Assembly (NCBI GenBank): GCA_023205875.1
Contig: CP060760.1
Span: 744,001 to 808,000, forward strand
Length of the DNA: 64,000 nt
From: Chloropicon primus
Lineage: Eukaryota
Reading direction: 5' to 3'
Positions 54,648 to 64,000 of the stretch are shown piece after piece. The notes under the pieces were generated by a model. That model did no database searches, had not been told where the DNA came from, and was given only the letters and a program-made list of their open reading frames with translations. A program made the translations under genes and the position numbers. The first letter of the stretch is position 1; the number at the start of each line of letters is the position of its first letter.

Positions 54648-55078
54648 CGTCCTCGTGGTGGTCCTCGTCGTGGTTGTGGTTGTGGTGGTCGGTGTCGTTC
54701 GCCTCGTTCTGCTCTGGTGACAGCCCCAGGTGCTGGAGAGGCGAGGCGGAGGACGAGGACACGTGAGGCGAGCGAGGACGAGGTGAGTGACGCACTTCGT
54801 GGTCGTGGAAGGAGGGGAGAGGAGGGGACGACGACCTAGACATAGACATAGACGAACGAACAAACTCGAGGGCTTTCCATACAAACCAACACCCTAGGAA
54901 ATGGAACAACGTGGAGAGAGGGAGAGAGGGAAAACTGACGGAATCGTGCTGCTTGGCTACGCGATGAGGGACCAGATGGCGACCAGGATGGCGAGGAGGA
55001 CGAGCGCGGTCCTCGGCGGGACCAGTGGAAGGGTCGAGGGGGGGATGAGGACCACCGGGAGGGCACGGAGGAGGGGGA
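54648..55078 (+). repeat. Copy 2 of the ~430-bp dispersed duplication
   Basis: Matches 19700-20130. Confidence 0.95.
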
Positions 55079-55788
55079 AGGCTAAGGGAGGAGCAGCCTT
55101 GAGGAGGGATGCGGGACCCGTGGACGAGCGGCCGTCTTACGAGGAACTCGACACGAACCCCATCAATGCTCTCTTCTTCCGTCTGTTCATGGAGAAGCTC
55201 GAGGAGAGGGTGGGGTTCTCGTCCGCTTTGCCGGGGTACGACGGCCTGATCGAGGTGGTGAGGACACTGAACGTGGGGTCCAAGAGCAGTGAGGAGATAC
55301 GCGCCCTCTCCAAGCTTGTTCTCCTGTCCCTCTTTCCCCCCTGGCTTCCCCCGGCTTTCAGGGTGATGTTTGCCAAGCCCTTCCCGGAGCTCAGCTATCT
55401 GATGAACGCGTGGGTGACTTCCCTTTGCTGCGAGTGGCTCATGGGACCCACCACGCTGAACGAGGTGGAGCTGGAGGAGGGGGGCAGGAAGGTTCCTGGG
55501 GTGTTGGTGGAGAGGTGCCGGTACCTCGAGGAGGTGGGCTGCGCGTCCGCTTGCATGAACAGCTGCAAGTTCCCCACGCAGGAGTTCTTCAAGCAAGACA
55601 TGGGCCTGGACGTCACCTTGGAGCCCAACTATGATGACTTTTCTTGCCAGTTCGTGTTTGGGAAGGAGGCCCCGCCCCTGGAGGAGGACGAGGCCTGCGC
55701 CACGCTCTGTTTCAAGCAGTGCACCTTCCCGAAAGCCGGGAAGCTCAGGGAAGGGCTGTGCCCGAGCCAGTACAGGGACGAGAACTAG
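54976..55788 (+). CDS. D27: Beta-carotene isomerase D27-like (DUF4033), plastid
   Basis: Has GYDGLIE, WLMGP, VERCRYLEEVGCASACMNSCKFPTQEFF and LEPNYDDFSCQFVFG..PP. Confidence 0.93.
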   Translation: MATRMARRTSAVLGGTSGRVEGGMRTTGRARRRGKAKGGAALRRDAGPVDERPSYEELDTNPINALFFRLFMEKLEERVGFSSALPGYDGLIEVVRTLNVGSKSSEEIRALSKLVLLSLFPPWLPPAFRVMFAKPFPELSYLMNAWVTSLCCEWLMGPTTLNEVELEEGGRKVPGVLVERCRYLEEVGCASACMNSCKFPTQEFFKQDMGLDVTLEPNYDDFSCQFVFGKEAPPLEEDEACATLCFKQCTFPKAGKLREGLCPSQYRDEN

Positions 55789-55862
55789 AGGCTTTGCACG
55801 GCTCTGTGTATGTATTGTATACCTGTATACCTGTATTATTTTCAAAACAAAAGGTTTTTGCC

Positions 55863-56936
55863 TTAGGCATGACTCCGGCAGTTCTTGGCGTGCCAGTTGC
55901 AATACAGTTTCAGCGCCTTCTCGGTGTTGGCTGCAAACTCGATGTTCCCCTTGCAGAAGATGTTGTAGGACTCCACACCGAACTGGCCGATGCCATAGAT
56001 CTTGTTCTCTTTCTCCAGGCCCACGTCAAACTTTGGCGCCGTGAGAAAGCGATTGGTGAGTGAAACCAGAGCCTTGTACCGATTGTCGAAGAGTCCCAGT
56101 GGGTGCATGACTCCGCGAGCCAGGTCTGGGTCTTGCTCCGAGAAATCGGATGGCGTTGGGAACACACGGAAAAACTCGGCAATAGCACTATGCTTGGTCT
56201 CCCAGGAAGAAACTCGGCTCATCAGGATGCAGCAGGCGAGGAGTCGCCAAGCATCGTGCGCGTAAAATTCCTGCAGCAGGGCGTGGGGAGACGGTGGGGG
56301 CGGAGAGGCCAGCCTGCTCTCCACGTAGGTTTGCCAGCAGACCGCCTCTTGCCGGTCCTTTTGGGGGGTGAGGCAGACCAAAACGCAGGAAAGGGTCAGA
56401 GAAGAGTGCAGCGCAGCACGAGACAAGAAGTCAGCACCCACCTTCTCGCACGCAACGACGTGGGGACCCCAGTATTTGATCGCTGCTTCCCTGTGCAGGC
56501 CGTCCTCGCCGTCCAGGGACTCGATCTTGGACATCGCCAAAACTTTTCTGCTCTCCCTCAACCACTCCTTCATCACTTCCTCCTCCCTCGCCCTCTTCGC
56601 CTCCGCCTCGTGCTTCGCGGCCCGGGAGGTGTTGCCGCTTGTCGAAGGCCCCTTGCTCCTCCTCCTTCTCTTCCCCTCCCCTCCTGCCTCGTCCTCGGCG
56701 GTGTACTCCACCTCCCCTCCCTTCAACCTCGCGGACCTCCTCCTGCCCCCCCCTCCCTCGCTCCTCTCTCTCTTCTTCCTCTTGCTCGGCGCCGCGGTCC
56801 TCGGGATCCCGAAGACGTTCTCCAGCTCCTTGATCGCCCCCAGTCCGACCCCTAGGCGCTCCATGTATTCCCTGTTCCTCTGGCAGTGCGCCAGCCTTTG
56901 CCTCTCATACTCGCTCAGCTCCCCCTTGGCCCTCAT
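55863..56936 (-). CDS. MBD4: MBD4-like HhH DNA glycosylase without an MBD domain; probable in-frame intron 56358-56441
   Basis: Has SPHALLQEFYAHDAWRLLACCILM, FFRVFPTP, PLGLFDNR and IYGIGQFGVESYNIFC. Confidence 0.85.
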   Translation of the reverse strand: MRAKGELSEYERQRLAHCQRNREYMERLGVGLGAIKELENVFGIPRTAAPSKRKKRERSEGGGGRRRSARLKGGEVEYTAEDEAGGEGKRRRRSKGPSTSGNTSRAAKHEAEAKRAREEEVMKEWLRESRKVLAMSKIESLDGEDGLHREAAIKYWGPHVVACEKVGADFLSRAALHSSLTLSCVLVCLTPQKDRQEAVCWQTYVESRLASPPPPSPHALLQEFYAHDAWRLLACCILMSRVSSWETKHSAIAEFFRVFPTPSDFSEQDPDLARGVMHPLGLFDNRYKALVSLTNRFLTAPKFDVGLEKENKIYGIGQFGVESYNIFCKGNIEFAANTEKALKLYCNWHAKNCRSHA

Positions 56937-57002
56937 CCTCCTCCTCCTCCGGAGTGAGGTACGGTGTATATCGAGGTACGAGAGATATCGAGCGCGCGAG
57001 GT

Positions 57003-57860
57003 GGTTCTGTTCTGTTCTGTTCTGTTCTGTTCTGTTCTGTTCTATCCCACACGGAATACAATCATGCTTTGCTTTGGTCCCCGCCGTGCTCTCGTGTTCT
57101 CCAGTTCTCCAGTTCCCCTTTCCCGCCCGTTTCGTTTGTTTCTTCCCGGGTGGGGTTCCCCTTTCCCGCCAGTCCGTTTCCGTGGAGGAGTGTACACTAC
57201 ATTACACTCAGTATGAATCCCAGAGGAGGAGGGACCTCCACACGTCCTCGTCGTCTTCGTCTCCTCCTGGGGGTGGGGTGGGGTGGGGTGTTGTGGGGTG
57301 TTGTCTCGTTGTCTTGTTGTTGTCTTGTTGTTGTTTGCGCCTTGCTTTCTGGAGGGAGGGAGGACGAGGTTGGGGTTGGGGAGGACGAGGACGAGGAGGC
57401 TTGGTTTCTTTCTCTTTCTCTCTTTCTCTCTTTCTTTTCTTCTTTCCCTCGAAGGAAAAAGCCTTTTGTTCTATAATTAATTGGAAACAAGAAACAAGAA
57501 ACAAGAAACAAGAAACAAGAAAGGGTTTCTGTTCTTCTTGTTCTTGTTCTTCTTGGTTTAGGTTTGAGGTTTGTTGTTCTTTCTTTCCCTTGCTTTTGTT
57601 GTTGTTGTAGAGACTGATTGATTAGACCCGAGTCCCTTCCAAGAAAGTCTTGCTTTCTTTGTTGTATCCTCCTTCTCTGTCTTGTTGTCTTGTTGTCTTG
57701 TTCTTCAGAAAGCAAAGAAAAGGAAAGGAAAGGAAAGGAAAGGAAAGGAAAGGACCGACTTTGTACGACATCCATACACGCTCTTCCCTCTTCCCTTCTC
57801 CACAAACGAAGAACAACGAGCTCGTTCCTTTCCTTCCTTGTCTTCTCTTCTCTTCTCTTC
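57003..57860. repeat. Microsatellite-rich intergenic/5' region: (gttct)n, (gaaacaa)n, (aaagg)n, (tcttc)n
   Basis: Visible runs at ~57003-57042, ~57484-57521, ~57718-57753 and ~57841-57860. Confidence 0.8.
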
Positions 57861-58588
57861 TCGTTCTCTTTGGACCAACGGAGCCAAGAGACAAGACAAG
57901 AACACACAAGAACACACAGGTCTTGGCCAAGTTCTGTGCTCGGGTGGGGTCGACAACCGACCGACAGACCGACCGGCAAACCGACAAGACTCTTGTCCAG
58001 CACCTGAGTTGGCGTCCAACACACTAAGAAGAGAGACGAGACGCAGGAGGACAAGGAGGACGCGCACACTTGCTTCGTCTTCGTCCTACCTAGCGCGCAG
58101 TCCACGGCAGTTCCTCCAAGGTTTGGCCTTGTTCGTGTTCAAGGCTCAAAGCAACGAGGAGAGACAAGGGAGGAGACCAAGGCGAGACCAAGGAGGGGGT
58201 GCTCAAGGGCGGGGCCTCTTGTTCCCTACTTGACTCCTTTAAAGCCTTTACTCGGTGACCAAAGGCCTGGAGCAGCGGCTTTGAGAGGCCGAGTTGCGGC
58301 AAGACAGAAGACAGGAAGAGGGGATCCCCAACCTACATACATACATGTTTGCAAACCAATAACAGAAAAGAAAGAGAGTTTGTTGTTCCCCGGAGGGAGA
58401 AGGAAGGCCAAAGGCGCGAGACGACCGGACAGGACAGGACCGGCGACGACGCGGAAGAAAGGTTTAGCGGCGCGCCTCCCGGAGAAGCAAAGAGAGGAAG
58501 GCGCGAGGCACATGTAAGGTAGTGGTTGGCTTGGAGACATTATTATCGAGTGATCTTGTTACGTGCTGCAAAGAAGAAGTAGATAAAC

Positions 58589-60823
58589 ATGACGGTGATC
58601 TCGACGGCCAAGAGAATGCTGAAGAAGGTGGACGCCAAGGAGGAGGATAGAAAGGAGGAACTGAAGGCAATCAGAAAGCAAAACACCAAAGTTTCGATCT
58701 TCTTTGGTGGCAATGTCGGTGGACTCCAGCGTGCGAGAGCCGGTTCCATCAAGGAGATCTTGGACACCAACAGAATATTTGGGCGTGACTTCACTTGGGC
58801 TGTCATAGCTCCAGACTCCCAATGGAAGTCCAAGTGGGACTACTTGATTATCATCTTTGTCCTGTACAACTCGTTGTTCATTCCTTTTAGCTTTTCGTTC
58901 CTGCAGACGAGGAACTCTATGGTGGAAATATTCGACTACTTTGTGGACTTTATGTTTCTGATCGATATGGGGCTGAGTTTCTTCACGGGATTCTACGACA
59001 ACAGAGGTGACGAGGTCGTGGACTTGAAGGAGATTAGGGTCAAGTACTTTTCGAGGTGGTTCTGGATTGATCTCGTAGCCGTCTTCCCCTTCGAGGTCTT
59101 GATTCTTGCTTCGGGGAAGAACCTCAATGTCTCGGTATTCAACCTTTTCAAGGCACCGCGTCTGCTGCGTTTGGGTAAGCTTGCCAAGAAATTGGATCAG
59201 ATGGCAGGTGCCAACGCGTTCCGTATCTTCAAGTTGCTTCTGGTGTTCACCCTGTTCGCGCATTGGGTTGCGTGCGTCTGGTTCTTCGTGGGCCGTTTCC
59301 AGGACGAAGGTAACTTGTGGAGCGGAAGCGTGTGGCTTGCAGAGAACCACTTGTGCCAGACAGTGAAAGGTCCGGGGGCCTTGGTGGACGGCGCGTACAT
59401 ATCCGTCCCCGCCGACGAGGTCGGAACGGCGTACATGGTTGAAGGTGTCTTGGCGTGCATCAAGGGTGGAGCATACGGAACCACGGAGCATCGGTCTTGG
59501 GAGGTGCAGGACCAATTGTACTTGGCGAATTCGACCAAGTGCCCAGCCGCCGCGCTGCCAGAGTTTCCCTTCTACTGCAACAATGGCGTGTCTCACGTGA
59601 AGCCCTCCGCGAGTGTCTTCACGCAGTACATCACCTCCTTCTACTGGGCCTTGTCCACGCTGACAACGATCGGGTATGGTGATGTCACGCCATCCACGAA
59701 CTCGGAGAGAAGTTTCGTCGTGGTCATCATGTTGTTTGGTGCGATTCTTTATGCATCCATTTTTGGTAACGTCGCGGTTCTCATCCAGAACTTTGATGCC
59801 CAGCATGCGAGGTACTCCAAAAAGTTGAACCAGATGAACGAGTACGCAACATTTTACACCTTTGATATGCAGACGTACGACAGGCTGTTGAACTACACAG
59901 CGCAGCACCAGAGCATGGGAGCAAGTATTGATATGCGAACGATGCTCCAGGATTTCCCGAACAGTCTGAAGGGCGACGTGGCCATGATGGTGCACACTGA
60001 TTTCGTCAACGCCTTCAAGAGGCGCATCTTGCCGATGAGAGACGAGAAGAACTCGAACTTCCTGAGGGCGATGGCAATCCAGCTGCGGAACGTAGTCATA
60101 CTCAAGGGAGATTATGTTTTCTTCAAGGGAGAAGTGAACAAGGAGACATACTACATGTCCAAGGGATACATTGGTCTGGCCTTCGACGTGGACAACTCGC
60201 GCAAGAGAATCGACCATTATGGCAGGAGTAGGGGTTTTACGGCCGACGGAAAGTCTCTCAAGTCAACCAAGTCAACCAAGTGGGGAAAAGTTGCGGGAGT
60301 TCTGGGCAGGTTGAGGGGCTCGACGATCTCAAAGCAAGGCACCAACGATGAGGATGAGCAGGACGTCAAGGTGTCCATCTTGACGTCGGGGGATACCTTT
60401 GGAAACCTTGATCCTTGGAGCAAGACGGTGAAGAAGTGCTCTTACGACGCGCTTGCGATCACCAAGTGCGAGCTCTTCTCCCTTCCGTACTTTGAGCTCG
60501 TGGAGCTCTCGAAGGACTACAAGCCAGAGATGAACATTATGTGCGACTACGCGAAGGAGAACCTTCAGCTCAAGAGAGAGTCAGAAAAGTCCTTCTTGGA
60601 TGTGGACCCCCACGAAGTCCACGAGAACGTGCAGAGGCGGTACAGCAAGAAGAAGAAGGACATGGATGAGTTGGCCAAGATCGAGCTCTCACTTGACATG
60701 AACGGAGGAATAGAGGATGTAGAGGAAAGGATGAGTTCAGTAGAAACAAAAGTTTTGGACAGGCTTGGTCTCTTGGAGGAGCGAGTCATGAATGCTCTCC
60801 TGAAGAAGAGATCCATGTATTAA
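58589..60823 (+). CDS. Voltage-gated K+ channel with C-linker and CNB-homology domain (KCNH/CNG superfamily), paralog A
   Basis: Has WDYLII, FWIDLVAVFPF, S4 KAPRLLRLGKL, pore YWALSTLTTIGYGD, S6 YASIFGNV and CNB-like KGDYVFFKGE. Confidence 0.93.
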   Translation: MTVISTAKRMLKKVDAKEEDRKEELKAIRKQNTKVSIFFGGNVGGLQRARAGSIKEILDTNRIFGRDFTWAVIAPDSQWKSKWDYLIIIFVLYNSLFIPFSFSFLQTRNSMVEIFDYFVDFMFLIDMGLSFFTGFYDNRGDEVVDLKEIRVKYFSRWFWIDLVAVFPFEVLILASGKNLNVSVFNLFKAPRLLRLGKLAKKLDQMAGANAFRIFKLLLVFTLFAHWVACVWFFVGRFQDEGNLWSGSVWLAENHLCQTVKGPGALVDGAYISVPADEVGTAYMVEGVLACIKGGAYGTTEHRSWEVQDQLYLANSTKCPAAALPEFPFYCNNGVSHVKPSASVFTQYITSFYWALSTLTTIGYGDVTPSTNSERSFVVVIMLFGAILYASIFGNVAVLIQNFDAQHARYSKKLNQMNEYATFYTFDMQTYDRLLNYTAQHQSMGASIDMRTMLQDFPNSLKGDVAMMVHTDFVNAFKRRILPMRDEKNSNFLRAMAIQLRNVVILKGDYVFFKGEVNKETYYMSKGYIGLAFDVDNSRKRIDHYGRSRGFTADGKSLKSTKSTKWGKVAGVLGRLRGSTISKQGTNDEDEQDVKVSILTSGDTFGNLDPWSKTVKKCSYDALAITKCELFSLPYFELVELSKDYKPEMNIMCDYAKENLQLKRESEKSFLDVDPHEVHENVQRRYSKKKKDMDELAKIELSLDMNGGIEDVEERMSSVETKVLDRLGLLEERVMNALLKKRSMY

Positions 60824-62892
60824 GAGGACCTTTACTTTAGGTGGTGGACCTTAGCCTTCCAGGCCGCAGGTTGACTTGGTTTTTGACGAGTGGTTTTGGG
60901 GAAATCGCTTTTTTGTTGTTGTGTGTATTTGTACTCCAGTAGCTCGTCTTCTTGGAGCCGATCGTGCGAAGTGTTCAGTTTGTGATGGTACTATAAAATT
61001 GCAACAGACCTTTGATATATTATTTCATATTATTACGTATACTTTCAAAGGGAGCATCTTACTTGCGGCTCACACCATGGAGGACTTCGTTCATAATTGT
61101 CGGTTAACTCTGTGCCGCCCTATTTCTTCTTTTCTGAGAAGACGCTCTTCATCTCGTGCTTGTTGAGGTATTGCTCAAAAGTGTCGAGGGCACTCATCAT
61201 TCTATCTTCGACGTACTGAAGCTTCCTTTCCAGCTGTGAAATGTTATGTACCAGCTTCGCGTCATCGACCTTTGGCCCACTTTTCGACTCACTTCTCTGG
61301 TCACTCGAGCTCGTAATATTCGTCTGAGGGTCCGCTGTCTTTGGCGTACTTGGCCTGCTGTTTCCAGTGCTCAAGTAAAAGAATCTGTTCTGCATGTGAT
61401 CTCTAAACTCCTTGATCTCACGCTTATAATCCGAGGCCATCTCCTTGAAGTCGTAGTGATCCAGGGCAAGCACTTCACAACCCGTGACGGCCTTTGCCTC
61501 AATCATCATCCTTCCTCCAAACATCGCTTTGAATTCTCCAAAGACTTCCCCGGGCTCCAAAATATGCTTGATCTCACTCTCCTTCTTCCCTTCCTCCTCC
61601 TCCTCCTCCCTAATGACATCCGATACATTCTGTACATAAATAGTGAGACTCACGCAGCCCCTCGAGACCAGGTAGAGCTGCTTGCTGACTTCCAGCTTGC
61701 CCAGGATGATGTCGCCCTTCAAGAACACGCAAGGGTGCAGCCGCGTGAACAAGTTCCTCACGAAAGCCATGTTCTTCGGATCCGTGGTGAACGGTATGCG
61801 AATCTGCATCTTCTTCAGAACCTCCATGTGGATCGTGAGGGCAACATCTCCTCGAAGGGAGCTAGGAAAATCCTGGAAGAACACCCTAATTTGTGGGTGA
61901 GACGTCACCCTGTGCTGCTTCTCCGTGTATATCAGCAGCTTCTCTTGGACTTCTGGCCTTATCAGGTAGAAGGAGCTGAACTCGTTCAACCTGTTGATCT
62001 TGTCCGTATACGCCGCGTGCAAAGCATCGAAGTTCTGGATGAGAACCGCGACGTTACCAAAAATGGATGCATAAAGAATCGCACCAAACAACATGATGAC
62101 CACGACGAAACTTCTCTCCGAGTTCGTGGATGGCGTGACATCACCATACCCGATCGTTGTCAGCGTGGACAAGGCCCAGTAGAAGGAGGTGATGTACTGC
62201 GTGAAGACACTCGCGGAGGGCTTCACGTGAGACACGCCATTGTTGCAGTAGAAGGGAAACTCTGGCAGCGCGGTGGCTGGGCACTTGGTCGAATTCGCCA
62301 AGTACATCTGAGTACCAACCTCCCAAGACCGATGCTCCGTGGTCCCATAGTCTCCACCCTTGATGCACGCCAGGACACCTTCAACCATGTACGCCGTTCC
62401 GACCTCGTCGGCGGGGACGGATATGTACGCGCCGTCCACCAAGGCCCCCGGACCTTTCACTGTCTGGCACAAGTGGTTCTCTGCAAGCCACACGCTTCCG
62501 CTCCACAAGTTACCTTCGTCCTGGAAACGGCCCACGAAGAACCAGACGCACGCAACCCAATGCGCGAACAGGGTGAACACCAGAAGCAACTTGAAGATAC
62601 GGAACGCGTTGGCACCTGCCAACTGATCCAATTTCTTGGCAAGCTTACCCAAACGCAGCAGACGCGGTGCCTTGAAGAGGTTGAATACCGAGACATTGAG
62701 GTTCTTCCCCGACGCAATGATCAAGACCTCGAAGGGGAAGATGGCGACCAGGTCAATCCAGAACCACCTTGACATGTATTTTTTCCTAATCTCCTTCAAG
62801 TCCACGACCTCGTCGCCACGAATGTCGTAGAATCCCGTGAAGAAACTCAGCCCCATATCGATCAGAAACAAAAAGTCCACAAAGTAGTCGAA
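58931..62892. repeat. Inverted repeat formed by the homogenised cores of the two channel genes (arms ~58931-59799 and ~62024-62892)
   Basis: The reverse complement of 62024-62892 matches 58931-59799, near-identically over most of S4 to S6. Confidence 0.9.
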
Positions 62893-63351
62893 CATATCCA
62901 TGGACGAGTTTGCCGCTGTCACAAAGGAAAAGTTGTACGGGATGAAGAACGAGTTATAAAGTACAAGAATGATGACGATCCAATCCCAACGAGTCTTCCA
63001 CTTTGACTCGGTGGAAATGTTCGAGAGCGTGACTGACCCACACATGACCTTCATCTGTGACTCCGGCGGGGCCTCCCCGTCGTCCCAGTCGTCAGCTTTC
63101 CGCCGACCAGCAGTGTTCCCATTCTGTTTTTTGTTCTCGCCCGACTCGTTGATGGGAACGACCTGCTTCTTCATGGAGAGCCGAGATATCGAGAAGCTTG
63201 GGATGAACTTCCTCTTGGCCGTCGAGGTCAACCTACTCAGGTTAACACTCTTCTGGGAAACCAGGTTGGTCTTCTTCGAGTCCCCATCATTCTTGCTGGC
63301 GATGTTCGCGTGGGTCGTGAGCCCCTGGGAAAGAGCGGTAACAGCAGCCAT
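61120..63351 (-). CDS. Voltage-gated K+ channel with CNB-homology domain, paralog B (convergent with A)
   Basis: Same S1-S6/TIGYGD core as A; CNB-like KGDIILGK...PGEVFGE. Confidence 0.93.
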   Translation of the reverse strand: MAAVTALSQGLTTHANIASKNDGDSKKTNLVSQKSVNLSRLTSTAKRKFIPSFSISRLSMKKQVVPINESGENKKQNGNTAGRRKADDWDDGEAPPESQMKVMCGSVTLSNISTESKWKTRWDWIVIILVLYNSFFIPYNFSFVTAANSSMDMFDYFVDFLFLIDMGLSFFTGFYDIRGDEVVDLKEIRKKYMSRWFWIDLVAIFPFEVLIIASGKNLNVSVFNLFKAPRLLRLGKLAKKLDQLAGANAFRIFKLLLVFTLFAHWVACVWFFVGRFQDEGNLWSGSVWLAENHLCQTVKGPGALVDGAYISVPADEVGTAYMVEGVLACIKGGDYGTTEHRSWEVGTQMYLANSTKCPATALPEFPFYCNNGVSHVKPSASVFTQYITSFYWALSTLTTIGYGDVTPSTNSERSFVVVIMLFGAILYASIFGNVAVLIQNFDALHAAYTDKINRLNEFSSFYLIRPEVQEKLLIYTEKQHRVTSHPQIRVFFQDFPSSLRGDVALTIHMEVLKKMQIRIPFTTDPKNMAFVRNLFTRLHPCVFLKGDIILGKLEVSKQLYLVSRGCVSLTIYVQNVSDVIREEEEEEGKKESEIKHILEPGEVFGEFKAMFGGRMMIEAKAVTGCEVLALDHYDFKEMASDYKREIKEFRDHMQNRFFYLSTGNSRPSTPKTADPQTNITSSSDQRSESKSGPKVDDAKLVHNISQLERKLQYVEDRMMSALDTFEQYLNKHEMKSVFSEKKK

Positions 63352-64000
63352 AGTGTAGCGGTTTCTCTTCTTGCTTTGCTCTACCTCTCAATCGTCTCTT
63401 CCTGCTAGCTCCCTGACCTTGGTATCTTTAATCGTCAACGTTTTCCGTTCTTTGCTGCTCCTGCTCACACCATCATTGGCTCTCGCAGCAAGCCAAAGGT
63501 GTCTTGTTCCACAACCCTTGGTTCGTTCGTGGATGATGACGTTGTTGGATAGGACAGATAGGATTTCTTTCCCTCAAGGCCGAGCCATCAGCAGCAGCCA
63601 GGTCCTCCAAGGCCTCACCTTGCCTCTCCTTGCGTGCTTCCAAAGGCCAAGGTCAGTCTCCTCGCCTTGGCAAGGTTTGCGCCTCCGCCCTTTTTCTTCT
63701 TCGTCTTTGCGGTGCGGTGCGGTGCGCGCGCAAATACGAATGGTGGTTCAAGTCCAAACCAAGTCAACCACCCAAGCGGTCGTCGTCTTGTGTGTTTGTG
63801 TGTTTGTGTGTTTTGTGTTTTGGACCGGAGCCTGGTCCTCCTCGGTCGTTGCGTTTGGTTCTCCTTGAAGCGCCTTGGGTTGCCTCAGCTCTTTCCTTTC
63901 CTTTCCTTTCCTTTCCTTCTGTTTTCTTTTCAGGTCAGGTCAGGTCGGGGGTGACGCTTAGACTTCGACTTCGCTTCGCTTTGGACAACAAACGCACAGA

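Noticed and set aside
56954..58540. ORFs in the region upstream of channel A
   Set aside because: These are translations of microsatellites; the region is more likely a long promoter, 5'UTR or intron.

Overview
Gene-dense, GC-rich eukaryotic nuclear DNA with few, short GT-AG introns and many plastid- or mitochondrion-targeted proteins. This is consistent with a compact-genome green microalga (Chloropicon-like; inference only). About 35 protein-coding genes are recognisable, including a CD2BP2-like factor, a divergent H2B/H2A pair, HISN3, Sec23/24, TLP18.3, DGAT2, RPL19, SDH1, an ALKBH5-like dioxygenase, a Deg protease, EPSPS, DGK, SPRING1, a HugZ-like protein, FIS1, DPH2, phytochelatin synthase, PPT1, D27-like and MBD4-like. 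Main highlights: (1) a three-copy ~4.39-kb tandem array of two-domain membrane guanylyl-cyclase-like genes whose differences cluster in short non-synonymous patches in loop/TM regions, while the catalytic domains, introns and spacers are almost identical; (2) two in-frame chimeric ORFs (ALKBH5-like start + SDH1 C-terminus) at the array junctions; (3) a ~430-bp upstream/intron/transit-peptide block shared almost verbatim by two unrelated plastid genes 35 kb apart; (4) a nuclear, intron-containing Ycf30/RbcR LysR regulator with a presequence; (5) a convergent pair of K+ channels with CNB-like domains, a homogenised core and a large Cys-containing turret; (6) NELF-B and a COQ10-EF-hand fusion. 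No rRNA, tRNA, CRISPR array or transposon could be supported. All family calls come from motif recognition by eye, not from database searches.
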